Source: Tubiluchus corallicola (lineage: Eukaryota > Animalia > Priapulida). From it: a DNA stretch of 64,000 bases. The stretch's first letter is position 1, and each line of letters opens with the position of its first letter. The position numbers and the translations under genes were made by a program. The notes beneath the pieces were generated by a model. It was not told the DNA's origin. It did not search any database and was given only the letters and a program-made list of their open reading frames with translations. Location: positions 9,201 through 73,200 of the forward strand of contig JAQGDQ010000984.1 of assembly GCA_030141605.1 (NCBI GenBank), in the 5' to 3' direction. Shown here in pieces: positions 38,535-50,944 of this stretch.

Positions 38535-39841
38535 CCTAGCTACTTCAATCAAGCTACTTCAATCAAGCTACTTCAATCAAACTACTTCAATCAAGCTTGC
38601 ATCAAGCTACTTCAATCAAGCTGCTTCAATCACGCTGCTTCAATCACGCTACTTCAATCAAATTACTTCAATCAAGCTACTTCAATCAAGCTACTTCAAT
38701 CAAGCTTGTATCAAGCTACTTCAATCAAGCTACTTCAATCAAGCTACTTCAATCAAGCTACTGCAATCAAGCTTGCATCAAGCTACTTCAATCAAGCTAC
38801 TTCAATCAAGCTACTTCAATCAAGCTTGTATCAAGCTACTTCAATCAAGCTACTTCAATCAAGCTACTGCAATCAAGCTACTTCAATCAAGCTACTTCAA
38901 TCAAGCTACTGCAATCAAGCTTGCATCAAGCTACTTCAATCAAGCTACTGCAATCAAGCTTGTATCAAGCTACTTCAATCAAGCTACTGCAATCAAGCTT
39001 GCATCAAGCTACTTCAATCAAGCTACTGCAATCAAGCTTGTATCAAGCTACTTCAATCAAGCTACTGCAATCAAGCTACTGCAATCAAGCTTGTATCAAG
39101 CTACTTCAATCAAGCTACTGCAATCAAGCTTGTATCAAGCTACTTCAATCAAGCTACTGCAATCAAGCTTGTATCAAGCTACTGCAATCAAGCTACTGCA
39201 ATCAAGCTTGTATCAAGCTACTTCAATCAAGCTACTGCAATCAAGCTTGTATCAAGCTATTTCAATCAAGCTACTGCAATCAAGCTACTGCAATCAAGCT
39301 TGTATCAAGCTACTTCAATCAAGCTACTGCAATCAAGCTTGTATCAAGCTACTTCAATCAAGCTACTGCAATCAAGCTTGTATCAAGCTACTGCAATCAA
39401 GCTTGTATCAAGCTACTTCAATCAAGCTACTTCAATCAAGCTACTGCAATCAAGCTACTGCAATCAAGCTTGTATCAAGCTACTTCAATCAAGCTACTGC
39501 AATCAAGCTTGTATCAAGCTACTTCAATCAAGCTACTGCAATCAAGCTTGTATCAAGCTACTGCAATCAAGCTACTGCAATCAAGCTTGTATCAAGCTAC
39601 TTCAATCAAGCTACTGCAATCAAGCTTGTATCAAGCTACTTCAATCAAGCTACTGCAATCAAGCTACTGCAATCAAGCTTGTATCAAGCTACTGCAATCA
39701 AGCTACTGCAATCAAGCTTGTATCAAGCTACTGCAATCAAGCTACTGCAATCAAGCTTGTATCAAGCTACTTCAATCAAGCTACTGCAATCAAGCTTGCG
39801 CCAAGCTACTTCAATCAAGCTACTGCAATCAAGCTTGCATC
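38535..39841. repeat. Satellite mixing 14-mer (aatcaagctact[g/t]c) and 11-mer (atcaagcttg[t/c]) units
   Basis: Direct reading of the sequence. Confidence 0.93.
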
Positions 39842-40053
39842 AGTGTAAATAAAAGCAAACAAGCACATATTTTATTCTTTTCAGAATTTCTTTCAGTTTT
39901 GATGACAGCTGGTGTTGCAAATACGATTTCGGCTCGGTTTAATTTCGGTTTCTTATATGTCATAGATTTCGGTTTCGGTTTGTAATTTCAGGTTCGGTAA
40001 CATCCCTGACACATAAGGAAACAAAATTAATATGAAAGAAGAAAATTACTTAC

Positions 40054-40119
40054 ATGCTTTGGTAGTCGAGACTTGAAATAATCGTATTTTCTTTTGTAGT
40101 CTCGCGAGTATGGTAAAGC
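40054..40119 (-). CDS. NEDD4: NEDD4 exon (WW-HECT linker)
   Basis: ALPYSRDYKRKYDYFKSRLPKH (the PYSRDYK..KY motif of NEDD4); gatag / gtaagt. Confidence 0.93.
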
Positions 40120-40545
40120 CTATCAAAAAATGATACAATTCAGATATAGTAAAAAATATATTTATATGTACGTTAGAGAGAGAGAGAGAGAGAGAGAAAG
40201 AGGGAGAGGGACAGAGAGAGGGAGAGATGTATAGACAAGTGAAATAAAGTTTCGACAATTTTAAAAAATCGACATATTGCATTTTCACTTTTATTTCGTG
40301 GTGAGACAATGCGCCTAAAATAAATAACTGAAAGTATTTTGGCACAAAACATATTTAGAAAAAGTCATAGAAAAGGTTTACTGGGATGCGCATGGTAAAA
40401 GGGCAAAATGCAAAAAACCAGTCTGGGGGTAATTTTTAACCCGCGGTGACCCTATAAGGGTTAAGTGGCGCATACTGTATTAACATTTTTTAGCACCTAA
40501 GCACTGCTTACAATATCCAACAACTATTTTCGCTAAATTCCATAC

Positions 40546-40604
40546 CTGTCCAGCAACTTTTGGGTCTGACAATCGGGGATCTTCCCATTGAGTATGTCTG
40601 CTAT
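40546..40604 (-). CDS. NEDD4: NEDD4 exon (end of last WW)
   Basis: (N)SRHTQWEDPRLSDPKVAGQ; tttag / gtatgg. Confidence 0.92.
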
Positions 40605-40961
40605 CTAAAAAAAGTTCAACAAACTTAGTTTCCGAAAGCGGAAAGCGTTACGCATTTTAAAAAACGCTGTTTCGAAACGGTTTCCAGTATCAAATTTTTA
40701 AAGCAGCTGTCAACACATGCCCCAAGCTTGCGCTATTGAGGCTGATTATCTAGATGAGGCACCGAACCATCCGGAGCATCTCGGCCACGTTAGGATGCGA
40801 AAACAGCCACTCTTAATGTGATGAATGCACACAAGAGAAGGCACAACAGAACAAACTTTATGCAACGAGCAACGAGACAGGCGGTCACTCATCAAATTAC
40901 TGCACAGGTTCAGCATTGCTTGCATTATTATGAATAGTGTAGGAATAGCATTTATACATAC

Positions 40962-41016
40962 TGTGGTCGATGTAGAAAACTCTCCCGTCCGTATGCACCC
41001 TTTCCTCCCAGCCGGC
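40962..41016 (-). CDS. NEDD4: NEDD4 exon (last WW domain)
   Basis: AGWEERVHTDGRVFYIDH; aacag / gtatgt. Confidence 0.93.
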
Positions 41017-41717
41017 CTGTTAAAATGTAGAACAAACTTGTTAACACATGTTAAACACATTGGACATTCACGTTTTAGCATCAAATTATCAAGAAAATGT
41101 TCAAAAAATACTAAAAATTTAATTTCATAACCCAGTATGCATCTTTTGTGCTAGAAACTAGTACTGCAATTGTAAAAATGCTTATATTTTCAAACTCAGA
41201 TAGTAGCTGCTGGAAGCAGTTCATTCTGCTTCGGGTTTTTTCTGTTACCAAGCCCAGATCTTCGTCAGGAAGAGCCATCTACAGGATTTAAACATAACTT
41301 CAATGTGTTCTTACAAAGTCTGTAGCAACTAACATTTGTGCGGCTGCTAAGTGTTTTGTAGAGACGTGATCAAAAACAATGGCTGACTTTAACAGTGATT
41401 TTCCCAAGATTATGTTTTTCAGTGTGCATAGCCTGCACCTCAACTTCAACGTGGATTATCTCAGCTTAGAAATAACATAGAGCGATGAACTTGGTATCAA
41501 AAAGATCCTCATGAAATGGAGATTCGGGATACGTGAATAACTAGAAAAGCTTAATTGCCGACTTATTGACGTTTTTGCCATGCAAACAACATACACAAAC
41601 GGACCTCAACTTCAATGTGGATTATCTCAGCTTAGAAATAACATAGAGCGATGAACTTGGTATCAAAATGATCCTCATGAAATGGAGATTCAGAACATGT
41701 GAATAACTAGAAAATAA

Positions 41718-42045
41718 CTAGTGAACCAAGAACATTTGAAATATATCGGTAGGGAACCACGAACATTTGCAGCTTAACGGTGTGAACCAAGAACATTTGA
41801 ACTTTATCGGTTCCGAACCAAGACATCTAAAGCATATCGGTATTAATCCAAGAACATTTGAAGCCTATTGGTAGTGAACTAACAACATTTAGAACTTATC
41901 GGTAGTGAACCAAGAGCATATGAATGAAGCACATCGGCAGTGAACCAAAAAAAAATTGAAACTTATCGGCAACAAACCGAAAACATTTGAAACTAACCGG
42001 TACTGGACCAAGAACATTGAAAAAACTTACCGGTAGTGGACCGAG
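41718..42045 (-). repeat. Degenerate about 30-nt repeat (about 10 copies) derived from the donor junction of exon 42031-42180
   Basis: Plus-strand units gaacatttgaaacttatcggtagtgaaccaa align with the real junction gaacattgaaaaaacttaccggtagtggacc. Confidence 0.78.
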
Positions 42046-42180
42046 GTCATTTGTTAATGACCTAGGCCGTTTAAAGCCTTCTTGTTCTGCTTCGTTCAAG
42101 CCAGCGGCAACTTGATCGTGGTGATGATGATGGTGGCGACGACCCACTCTGGGACTCGGCGTGTGTGTTCTGGGGTCATT
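42031..42180 (-). CDS. NEDD4: NEDD4 exon (inter-WW linker)
   Basis: NDPRTHTPSPRVGRRHHHHHHDQVAAGLNEAEQEGFKRPRSLTNDLGPLP; ttcag / gtaagt. Confidence 0.92.
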
Positions 42181-42397
42181 CTGAAAATTTCAGTGATCAA
42201 AAATAAAAAAACAAAATAAGGAAAAGTAAACAAAGCAGTAAACAAAGTAGTAAACAAGTAGCAAAAAAGTTGAAAACTATGATTTCGGCAAAAACAGCTA
42301 CCGGCAAGAATCGAACCTACGACCCACAGATGAAAATTATTACAAGAAATCTTCAACAAGTTTCGCAATATCAAACTATTGTTTTGTACAAATTTAC

Positions 42398-42853
42398 TTA
42401 ACCCTTTCACACCCGTGGGATACGAGAAAATTTTCTGCCTTTAAAATTAATAAAATTTTAAAACTGACAGTTATTTGACCTGTTAATAGTTATTTTGATT
42501 TAAGCCAATAACGATAGACTAAAAATGGTGATAAAATGGCAAACTAGAAAATCTACATAGCATAAAAACTGCGCAAGGTACAGTACTTTAGAGACGACTT
42601 TGTACAGATCAGCATGGCGTGCATACTAAATGTCTTAAATACTTTAAAAAATTATCAGCAGTTGCAAAATGAAGCACATTTTATGCTTCCATTGAATCCC
42701 ATTGTATCCCGTGGGATACAGGCTATATTTAGCACGCGGGCACAGGTAGAAAAAATAATTATTATGCGTAAACAAGATGGACATACTGAACAACAGTACC
42801 AAGTCAAAAAAATTTTTCTTATTACAAAAATAATTTGGGACTGAAAGGGTTAA
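42398..42853. mobile_element. piggyBac-like MITE, family G (copy at 53808-54284, fragment about 2590-2769)
   Basis: TTAA + ccctttca ... tgaaaggg + TTAA. Confidence 0.82.
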
Positions 42854-42973
42854 CAAAAATTAAACTATTTCATCTACAAGTTAGCATTACTAAGCTGGGG
42901 CGTATCTACATTTCAAAAAACTTTACTAGTTTACAACACTAGCAGTGGCATATCCAGGAGCGAACAAACGTAC

Positions 42974-43189
42974 CCAAGTCGTCGTCTTCGAATTGTGATC
43001 GATGAAAAAAATTCGACCGTTTTGGGCCATCTGCATCGCCCAGCCGGTGGGGAGCGGTTCCTCTTCCGGATTGGCCATTCCCATTTCCAGCGCCTGCAGT
43101 ATCACGCTCGAGTCCGTCATGGGAACCACAGGGGGCTCTTGCGCAGCCGTAGCTTCTCTGTTTCTAGAATTTTCCACGGAATCGCGAGT
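42974..43189 (-). CDS. NEDD4: NEDD4 exon (second WW domain seen)
   Basis: [40 protein letters not shown]; ttcag / gtacgt. Confidence 0.92.
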
Positions 43190-43419
43190 CTGAAAAACGC
43201 ACGTTCTTTCATTACTCGATGACCTATCAGTGACCTTGACATGCAGACAAAATTCGTTTGACCTTTGACTGTACGGTGATCTGGGGCCGCTTTCGCAAAG
43301 TCGTCACTAACCTAACGACGTCGTTATTACATTCATTTAACTATTAATAATGACGATGCTAAGTCAGTGACGGCTTTGTGAAACTGCGCCAAGGTCAAGG
43401 TCAAGCTGTTATCCAAAAG

Positions 43420-43810
43420 AAATGTTCAACACTCAACACAGAAATATTCAACACCCAATGTTCAACACTCAACACAGAACTGTTCAACACTCAATGTTCA
43501 ACACTCAACACAGAAATATTCAACACTCAATGTTCAACACTCAACACAGAAATATTCAACACTCAATGTTCAACACTCAACACAGAACTGTTCAACACTC
43601 AATGTTCAACACTCAACACAGAAATATTCAACACTCAACACAGAAATGTTCAACACTGAACACAGAAATGTTCAACACTGAACACAGAAATGTTCAACAC
43701 TCAATGTTCAACACTGAACACAGAAATGTTCAACACTCAATGTTCAACACTCAACACAGAAATGTTCAACACTCAATGTTCAACACTCAACACAGAAATG
43801 TTCAACACGC
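43420..43810. repeat. Short-unit satellite (tgttcaacactcaa / cacagaaa)
   Basis: Direct reading of the sequence. Confidence 0.9.
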
Positions 43811-43993
43811 AAAGAAACTTTTCAAACGATATTGTATCGAATTCAAGAAAGCCTGCGGTGCAAGTTAAAATAATTTACTTCATTTCATGTCGAGTTTAAA
43901 GGAAAAATCAACCTTGAAAAGCGTTCAAGGTATTTTACTATACACTGAGAAATGTTGAAATTATGCCTAATATATGCGAGCAACATGCCTTGC

Positions 43994-44550
43994 TTAAAGG
44001 AAAACCGTATGATTGTATAAACACGAGTTCAGAATAAAAAATGCTGTGAAATATTGAAAACTACAATAGCTTATTTTAAATCAAAGCTTAGATTAAATAA
44101 TAATTACCTCGGATACTCAAATTTCGTTAAACTTTCAAAGCTACGAGCGGCTCAGTGAATTTACTAAAATTGGCAGCGACGCCTTTTTGTCACATGCACA
44201 TGGCCGACAAATAGAAGGCGGTACCGTGATAACCATGATCATGAACTGCAGTGTTAGTTTGTGACGTCATGTGATATAGAGCTAATTTTCCGTGACATCA
44301 TGCTTTTGAACAGTACTGTAACGCCTATGCAAATGTGCTTGATGCGCAAGGGAAGACGCCTGGCATTGCACAAACTGTGGTTAGTTTCTGACGTAAGCAA
44401 TAGCTGTGTTCGGTTGCCGTTAATTATTTTTCTAAGCTAATTATTCAAATATAAAGAACAATTGTTAACTTTTACAGGCAAGAAAATGTATATTTTGGAC
44501 AGTAAATTGAAATGACGTCGAGTCTAAACAATCGTCCGGTCTTCCTTTAA
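43994..44550 (+). mobile_element. Kolobok/T2-like MITE, family B (copy at 50404-51450, fragment 62815-62965)
   Basis: TTAA + aggaaaaccgtatgattgt ... acaatcgtccggtcttcct + TTAA. TTAA TSD with AGG termini is the T2/Kolobok pattern. Confidence 0.82.
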
Positions 44551-44889
44551 ACGGGCAACAAAAACATTTAAAATACCCATATCTCACAGCAAGTGCACCT
44601 CGCTGCGAGCACTTTTTAAAAAATCACGTAAGCTGGTGGCCAGCGTTAATGAACGTGTAAGAAAACTCCCGCACTTCACTCAGACCTTCCGCTATGCTAC
44701 CGACAGGTCAGTTAGCTTATAGAGTTCAGTTTATGCTACCGACAGGTCAGTTAGCTTATAGAGATCAGTTTAGCTGTTAACATTTCTTAGTTTTAGTTTT
44801 AAATTTGCTTTCCGGTTGAGAATGTTCACCCCTGAGTTTAGTGTTTTTCAAACAGGGTATAGAATAACAATGGTGTTACCAGTAACCGC

Positions 44890-45319
44890 TTAACCCTTTC
44901 GCTACGGAAGCCAGCACACTGCCACCCATGCTTTTCATGCAGGGGACGGAAGGTGGCACACTGCCACCCATGCTCAGCACTAAGCACAGTCAGTCACCCA
45001 GGACTGTTTATTTCACTGTTACAATAATGCAAAAACATTGTAGAAAAGCTTAACAGCCGTGGGATTGGTGTTGCCTCACAACAGGTAATGCTAACCAGCC
45101 AATCAGCGTCTGAAGCCAGGTGCATTCCATAATTCTGTACTGTATGTTATGTTCTCATGCAAAATCACTTGTAGATCGTTGATCAGACGTATGTTTAGTT
45201 GACTGTTCTGCATTCTTATAAAACGATTGCGTATCATGGATTCGTATTGTGTCTTTTGTGAAAACTGGTTTCTAAATAAAAGTGCATGCTTATCTATGAA
45301 GGTGTGTGTGCGTGCGTGC

Positions 45320-45374
<55 letters not shown>

Positions 45375-45488
45375 TTTGCTCCCATGTATGTGATGTCACC
45401 GATAGTTAGGCTAGCCCGCCATTAATTAAGATTTAATCATTAATTTAAGATTTTCTTCAAACCAGCAACTATGTAGTGAAAGGGTTAT
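44890..45488. mobile_element. piggyBac-like MITE whose right end is part of the 64-nt array unit
   Basis: ttaa ccctttcgctac ... gtagtgaaaggg ttat; contains a (GT)n tract at about 45302-45371. Confidence 0.65.
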
Positions 45489-48400
45489 AAATGAGTGAGG
45501 CAAAGAGGTACCTGAGTCGTGAACCTCTGCAACTATGTAGTGAAAGGGTTATAAATGAGTGAGGCAAAGAGGTACCTGAGTCGTGAACCTCTGCAACTAT
45601 GTAGTGAAAGGGTTATAAATGAGAGAAGCAAAGAGGTACCTGAGTCGTGAACCTCTGCAACTACGTAGTGAAAGGGTTATAAATGAGTGAGGCAAAGAGG
45701 TACCTGTGTTGTGAACCTCTGCAACTACGTAGTGAAAGGGTTATAAATGAGTGAGGCAAAGAGGTACCTGAGTCGTGAACCTCTGCAATTATGTAGTGAA
45801 AGGGTTATAAATGCGTGAGGCAAAGAGGTACCTGAGTCGTGAACCTCTCCAACTATGTAGTGAAAGGGTTATAAATGAGTGAGGCAAAGAGGTACCTGTG
45901 TTGTGAACCTCTGCAATTATGTAGTGAAAGGGTTATAAATGAGTGAGGCAAAGAGGTACCTGAGTCGTGAACCTCTCCAACTATGTAGTGAAAGGGTTAT
46001 AAATGAGTGAGGCAAAGAGGTACCTGTGTTGTGAACCTCTGCAACTATGTAGTGAAAGGGTTATAAATGAGTGAGGCAAAGAGGTACCTGTGTTGTGAAC
46101 CTCTGCAATTATGTAGTGTAAGGGTTATAAATGAGTGAGGCAAAGAGGTACCTGTGTTGTGAACCTCTGCAACTATGTAGTGAAAGGCTTATAAATGAGT
46201 GAGGCAAAGAGGTACCTGTGTTGTGAACCTCTGCAATTATGTAGTGAAAGGGTTATAAATGAGTGAGGCAAAGAGGTACCTGTGTTGTGAACCTCTGCAA
46301 TTATGTAGTGAAAGGGTTATAAATGCGTGAGGCAAAGAGGTACCTGTGTTGTGAACCTCTACAACTATGTAGTGAAAGGGTTATAAATGCGTGAGGCAGA
46401 GGTACCTGAGTCGTGAACCTCTGCAACTATGTAGTGAAAGGGTTATAAATGAGTGAGGCAAAGAGGTACCTGTGTTGTGAACCTCTGCAACTATGTAGTG
46501 AAAGGGTTATAAATGAGTGAGGCAAAGAGGTACCTGTGTTGTGAACCTCTGCAATTATGTAGTGAAAGGGTTATAAATGAGTGAGGCAAAGAGGTACCTG
46601 TGTTGTGAACCTCTGCAATTATGTAGTGAAAGGGTTATAAATGAGTGAGGCAAAGAGGTACCTGTGTTGTGAACCTCTGCAACTATGTAGTGAAAGGCTT
46701 ATAAATGAGTGAGGCAAAGAGGTACCTGTGTTGTGAACCTCTGCAACTATGTAGTGAAAGGGTTATAAATGAGTGAGGCAAAGAGGTACCTGTGTTGTGA
46801 ACCTCTGCAATTATGTAGTGAAAGGGTTATAAATGAGTGAGGCAAAGAGGTACCTGTGTTGTGAACCTCTGCAATTATGTAGTGAAAGGGTTATAAATGC
46901 GTGAGGCAAAGAGGTACCTGTGTTGTGAACCTCTACAACTATGTAGTGAAAGGGTTATAAATGCGTGAGGCAGAGGTACCTGAGTCGTGAACCTCTGCAA
47001 CTATGTAGTGAAAGGGTTATAAATGAGTGAGGCAAAGAGGTACCTGTGTTGTGAACCTCTGCAACTATGTAGTGAAAGGGTTATAAATGAGTGAGGCAAA
47101 GAGGTACCTGTGTTGTGAACCTCTGCAATTATGTAGTGAAAGGGTTATAAATGAGTGAGGCAAAGAGGTACCTGTGTTGTGAACCTCTGCAACTATGTAG
47201 TGAAAGGCTTATAAATGAGTGAGGCAAAGAGGTAAATGTGTTGTGAACCTCTGCAATTATGTAGTGAAAGGGTTATAAATGAGTGAGGCAAAGAGGTACC
47301 TGTGTTGTGAACCTCTGCAATTATGTAGTGAAAGGGTTATAAATGCGTGAGGCAAAGAGGTACCTGTGTTGTGAACCTCTACAACTATGTAGTGAAAGGG
47401 TTATAAATGCGTGAGGCAGAGGTACCTGAGTCGTGAACCTCTGCAACTATGTAGTGAAAGGGTTATAAATGAGTGAGGCAAAGAGGTACCTGTGTTGTGA
47501 ACCTCTCCAACTATGTAGTGAAAGGGTTATAAATGCGTGAGGCAAAGAGGTACCTGTGTTGTGAACCTCTGCAACTATGTAGTGAAAGGATTATAAATGC
47601 GTGAGGCAAAGAGGTACCTGAGTCGTGAACCTCTGCAATTATGTAGTGAAAGGGTTATAAATGCGTGAGGCAAAGAGGTACCTGTGTTGTGAACCTCTCC
47701 AATTATGTAGTGAAAGGGTTATAAATGCGTGAGGCAAAGAGGTACCTGTGTTGTGAACCTCTGCAATTATGTAGTGAAAGGGTTATAAATGAGTGAGGCA
47801 AAGAGGTACCTGTGTTGTGAACCTCTGCAACTATGTAGTGACAGGCTTATAAATGAGTGAGGCAAAGAGGTAAATGTGTTGTGAACCTCTGCAATTATGT
47901 AGTGAAAGGGTTATAAATGAGTGAGGCAAAGAGGTACCTGTGTTGTGAACCTCTGCAATTATGTAGTGAAAGGGTTATAAATGCGTGAGGCAAAGAGGTA
48001 CCTGTGTTGTGAACCTCTACAACTATGTAGCGCAAGGGTTATAAATGCGTGAGGCAGAGGTACCTGAGTCGTGAACCTCTGCAACTATGTAGTGAAAGGG
48101 TTATAAATGAGTGAGGCAAAGAGGTACCTGTGTTGTGAACCTCTCCAACTATGTAGTGAAAGGGTTATAAATGCGTGAGGCAAAGAGGTACCTGTGTTGT
48201 GAACCTCTGCAACTATGTAGTGAAAGGGTTATAAATGCGTGAGGCAAAGAGGTACCTGAGTCGTGAACCTCTGCAATTATGTAGTGAAAGGGTTATAAAT
48301 GCGTGAGGCAAAGAGGTACCTGTGTTGTGAACCTCTCCAATTATGTAGTGAAAGGGTTATAAATGCGTGAGGCAAAGAGGTACCTGTGTTGTGAACCTCT

Positions 48401-50186
48401 GCAATTATGTAGTGAAAGGGTTATAAATGAGTGAGGCAAAGAGGTACCTGTGTTGTGAACCTCTCCAACTATGTAGTGAAAGGGTTATAAATGCGTGAGG
48501 CAAAGAGGTACCTGTGTCGTGAACCTCTGCAACTATGTAGTGAAAGGGTTATAAATGAGTGAGGCAAAGAGGTACCTGAGTCGTGAACCTCTGCAACTAT
48601 GTAGTGAAAGGGTTATAAATGAGTGAGGCAAACAGGTTCCTGAGTCGTGAACCTCTACAACTATGTAGTGAAAGGGTTATACATGAGTGAGGCAAAGAGG
48701 TACCTGAGTCGTGAACCTCTCCAACTATGTAGTGAAAGGGTTATAAATGAGTGTGGCAAAGAGGTACCTGAGTCGTGAACCTCTGCAATTATGTAGTGAA
48801 AGGGTTATAAATGAGTGAGGCAAAGAGGTACCTGTGTTGTGAACCTCTCCAACTATGTAGTGAAAGGGTTATAAATGCGTGAGGCAAAGAGGTACCTGTG
48901 TTGTGAACCTCTGCAACTATGTAGTGAAAGGATTATAAATGCGTGAGGCAAAGAGGTACCTGAGTCGTGAACCTCTGCAATTATGTAGTGAAAGGGTTAT
49001 AAATGCGTGAGGCAAAGAGGTACCTGTGTTGTGAACCTCTCCAATTATGTAGTGAAAGGGTTATAAATGCGTGAGGCAAAGAGGTACCTGTGTTGTGAAC
49101 CTCTGCAATTATGTAGTGAAAGGGTTATAAATGAGTGAGGCAAAGAGGTACCTGTGTTGTGAACCTCTGCAACTATGTAGTGAAAGGCTTATAAATGAGT
49201 GAGGCAAAGAGGTAAATGTGTTGTGAACCTCTGCAATTATGTAGTGAAAGGGTTATAAATGAGTGAGGCAAAGAGGTACCTGTGTTGTGAACCTCTGCAA
49301 TTATGTAGTGAAAGGGTTATAAATGCGTGAGGCAAAGAGGTACCTGTGTTGTGAACCTCTACAACTATGTAGCGCAAGGGTTATAAATGCGTGAGGCAGA
49401 GGTACCTGAGTCGTGAACCTCTGCAACTATGTAGTGAAAGGGTTATAAATGAGTGAGGCAAAGAGGTACCTGTGTTGTGAACCTCTCCAACTATGTAGTG
49501 AAAGGGTTATAAATGCGTGAGGCAAAGAGGTACCTGTGTTGTGAACCTCTGCAACTATGTAGTGAAAGGGTTATAAATGCGTGAGGCAAAGAGGTACCTG
49601 AGTCGTGAACCTCTGCAATTATGTAGTGAAAGGGTTATAAATGCGTGAGGCAAAGAGGTACCTGTGTTGTGAACCTCTCCAATTATGTAGTGAAAGGGTT
49701 ATAAATGCGTGAGGCAAAGAGGTACCTGTGTTGTGAACCTCTGCAATTATGTAGTGAAAGGGTTATAAATGAGTGAGGCAAAGAGGTACCTGTGTTGTGA
49801 ACCTCTCCAACTATGTAGTGAAAGGGTTATAAATGCGTGAGGCAAAGAGGTACCTGTGTCGTGAACCTCTGCAACTATGTAGTGAAAGGGTTATAAATGA
49901 GTGAGGCAAAGAGGTACCTGTGTTGTGAACCTCTCCAACTATGTAGTGAAAGGGTTATAAATGAGTGAGGCAAAGAGGTACCTGTGTTGTGAACCTCTCC
50001 AACTATGTAGTGAAAGGGTTATAAATGCGTGAGGCAAAGAGGTACCTGTGTCGTGAACCTCTGCAACTATGTAGTGAAAGGGTTATAAATGAGTGAGGCA
50101 AAGAGGTACCTGAGTCGTGAACCTCTGCAACTACGTAGTGAAAGGGTTATAAATGAGTGAGGCAAAGAGGTACCTGAGTCGTGAAC
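45466..50186 (-). repeat. 64-nt minisatellite (about 74 copies) containing the donor junction of NEDD4 exon 50174-50354
   Basis: Sense unit gtacctctttgcctcactcatttataaccctttcactacatagttgcag-aggttcacgactcag; the array runs directly into the exon end. Confidence 0.95.
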
Positions 50187-50354
50187 ACTTCATCTCCTCC
50201 GGCTCTCATGTTAAGTCCGGAACCAAAAGAGAACCGCATCTGATCGGCCGAATCGTCCTGGCTGATATGCCTGCGCTGTCGAAATTCCATGGCGGCCGCT
50301 GCTTCCGCACGACGCTGCGTGGCGGCGCCACCAGACGGGGTTGAATTCGAAGCC
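50174..50354 (-). CDS. NEDD4: NEDD4 exon (linker after WW1)
   Basis: ASNSTPSGGAATQRRAEAAAAMEFRQRRHISQDDSADQMRFSFGSGLNMRAGGDEVFTTQ (the FxxRRHIS motif of the NEDD4 linker); ttttag / gtacct; phases fit both neighbours. Confidence 0.88.
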
Positions 50355-50461
50355 CTAAAAAGAGGAATAAGCTAGGATTAGAGGAGTAACAGTCTTGCTG
50401 TTTTTAAAAGAAACCCGGGCGATTGTGTAGACACGAGTTCAGAATAAAGAATGCTCTAACC

Positions 50462-50944
50462 CAGGGGTGTGCAAATTATCTGACTAGCCGGGCCACATTA
50501 AACTTTCCCACAATTCCTGCGGGCCACAGGCAGTTTGATCAAGGAGCCAAGTACAGAAAGGCCTAATAACGATTTTTTTTGCATCCGACCTGCGTACATC
50601 ATTACTAGTACACTCAAGAAACCATTTTAGAAGTTATTAAAATTTATATTACAAACCATATGTTTCTACTTTCAGGACAGATAGTGGTAATTTCATTACA
50701 ATGCATATTAGTAATGTGTATCACACAGTCTGTGTAGTACAGTGACATTAAGCTACAACCGTCTTGTAAGGGTTAATGGCATCCGATCTAGTAGAAAAAA
50801 CTACCCGCACCATCTTTGGGATCGTGACACGGACTTCAGCTGCATACACTCAATTAATCGCCCAGGCCGCACTTTCATTAGGTTGACAAATCTCTTCACG
50901 GGCCGCACAAATTCTCTCGGCGGGCCGCAATTTGCACACCCCTG
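50462..50944 (-). mobile_element. hAT-like MITE, family A, nested in a Kolobok-like MITE
   Basis: Same TIRs; TSD ctctaacc / ctctaaaa. The empty site gctctaaaa is seen in other copies of the host element (e.g. near 62864). Confidence 0.88.

Noticed and set aside
38394-39985. Three overlapping 350-480 aa ORFs
   Set aside because: The satellite lacks stop triplets on the plus strand; not protein-like.
45466-50186. CRISPR-like appearance of the regular arrays (also 21157-21650 and 24368-25087)
   Set aside because: No unique spacers, no cas genes, and a spliceosomal eukaryotic context.
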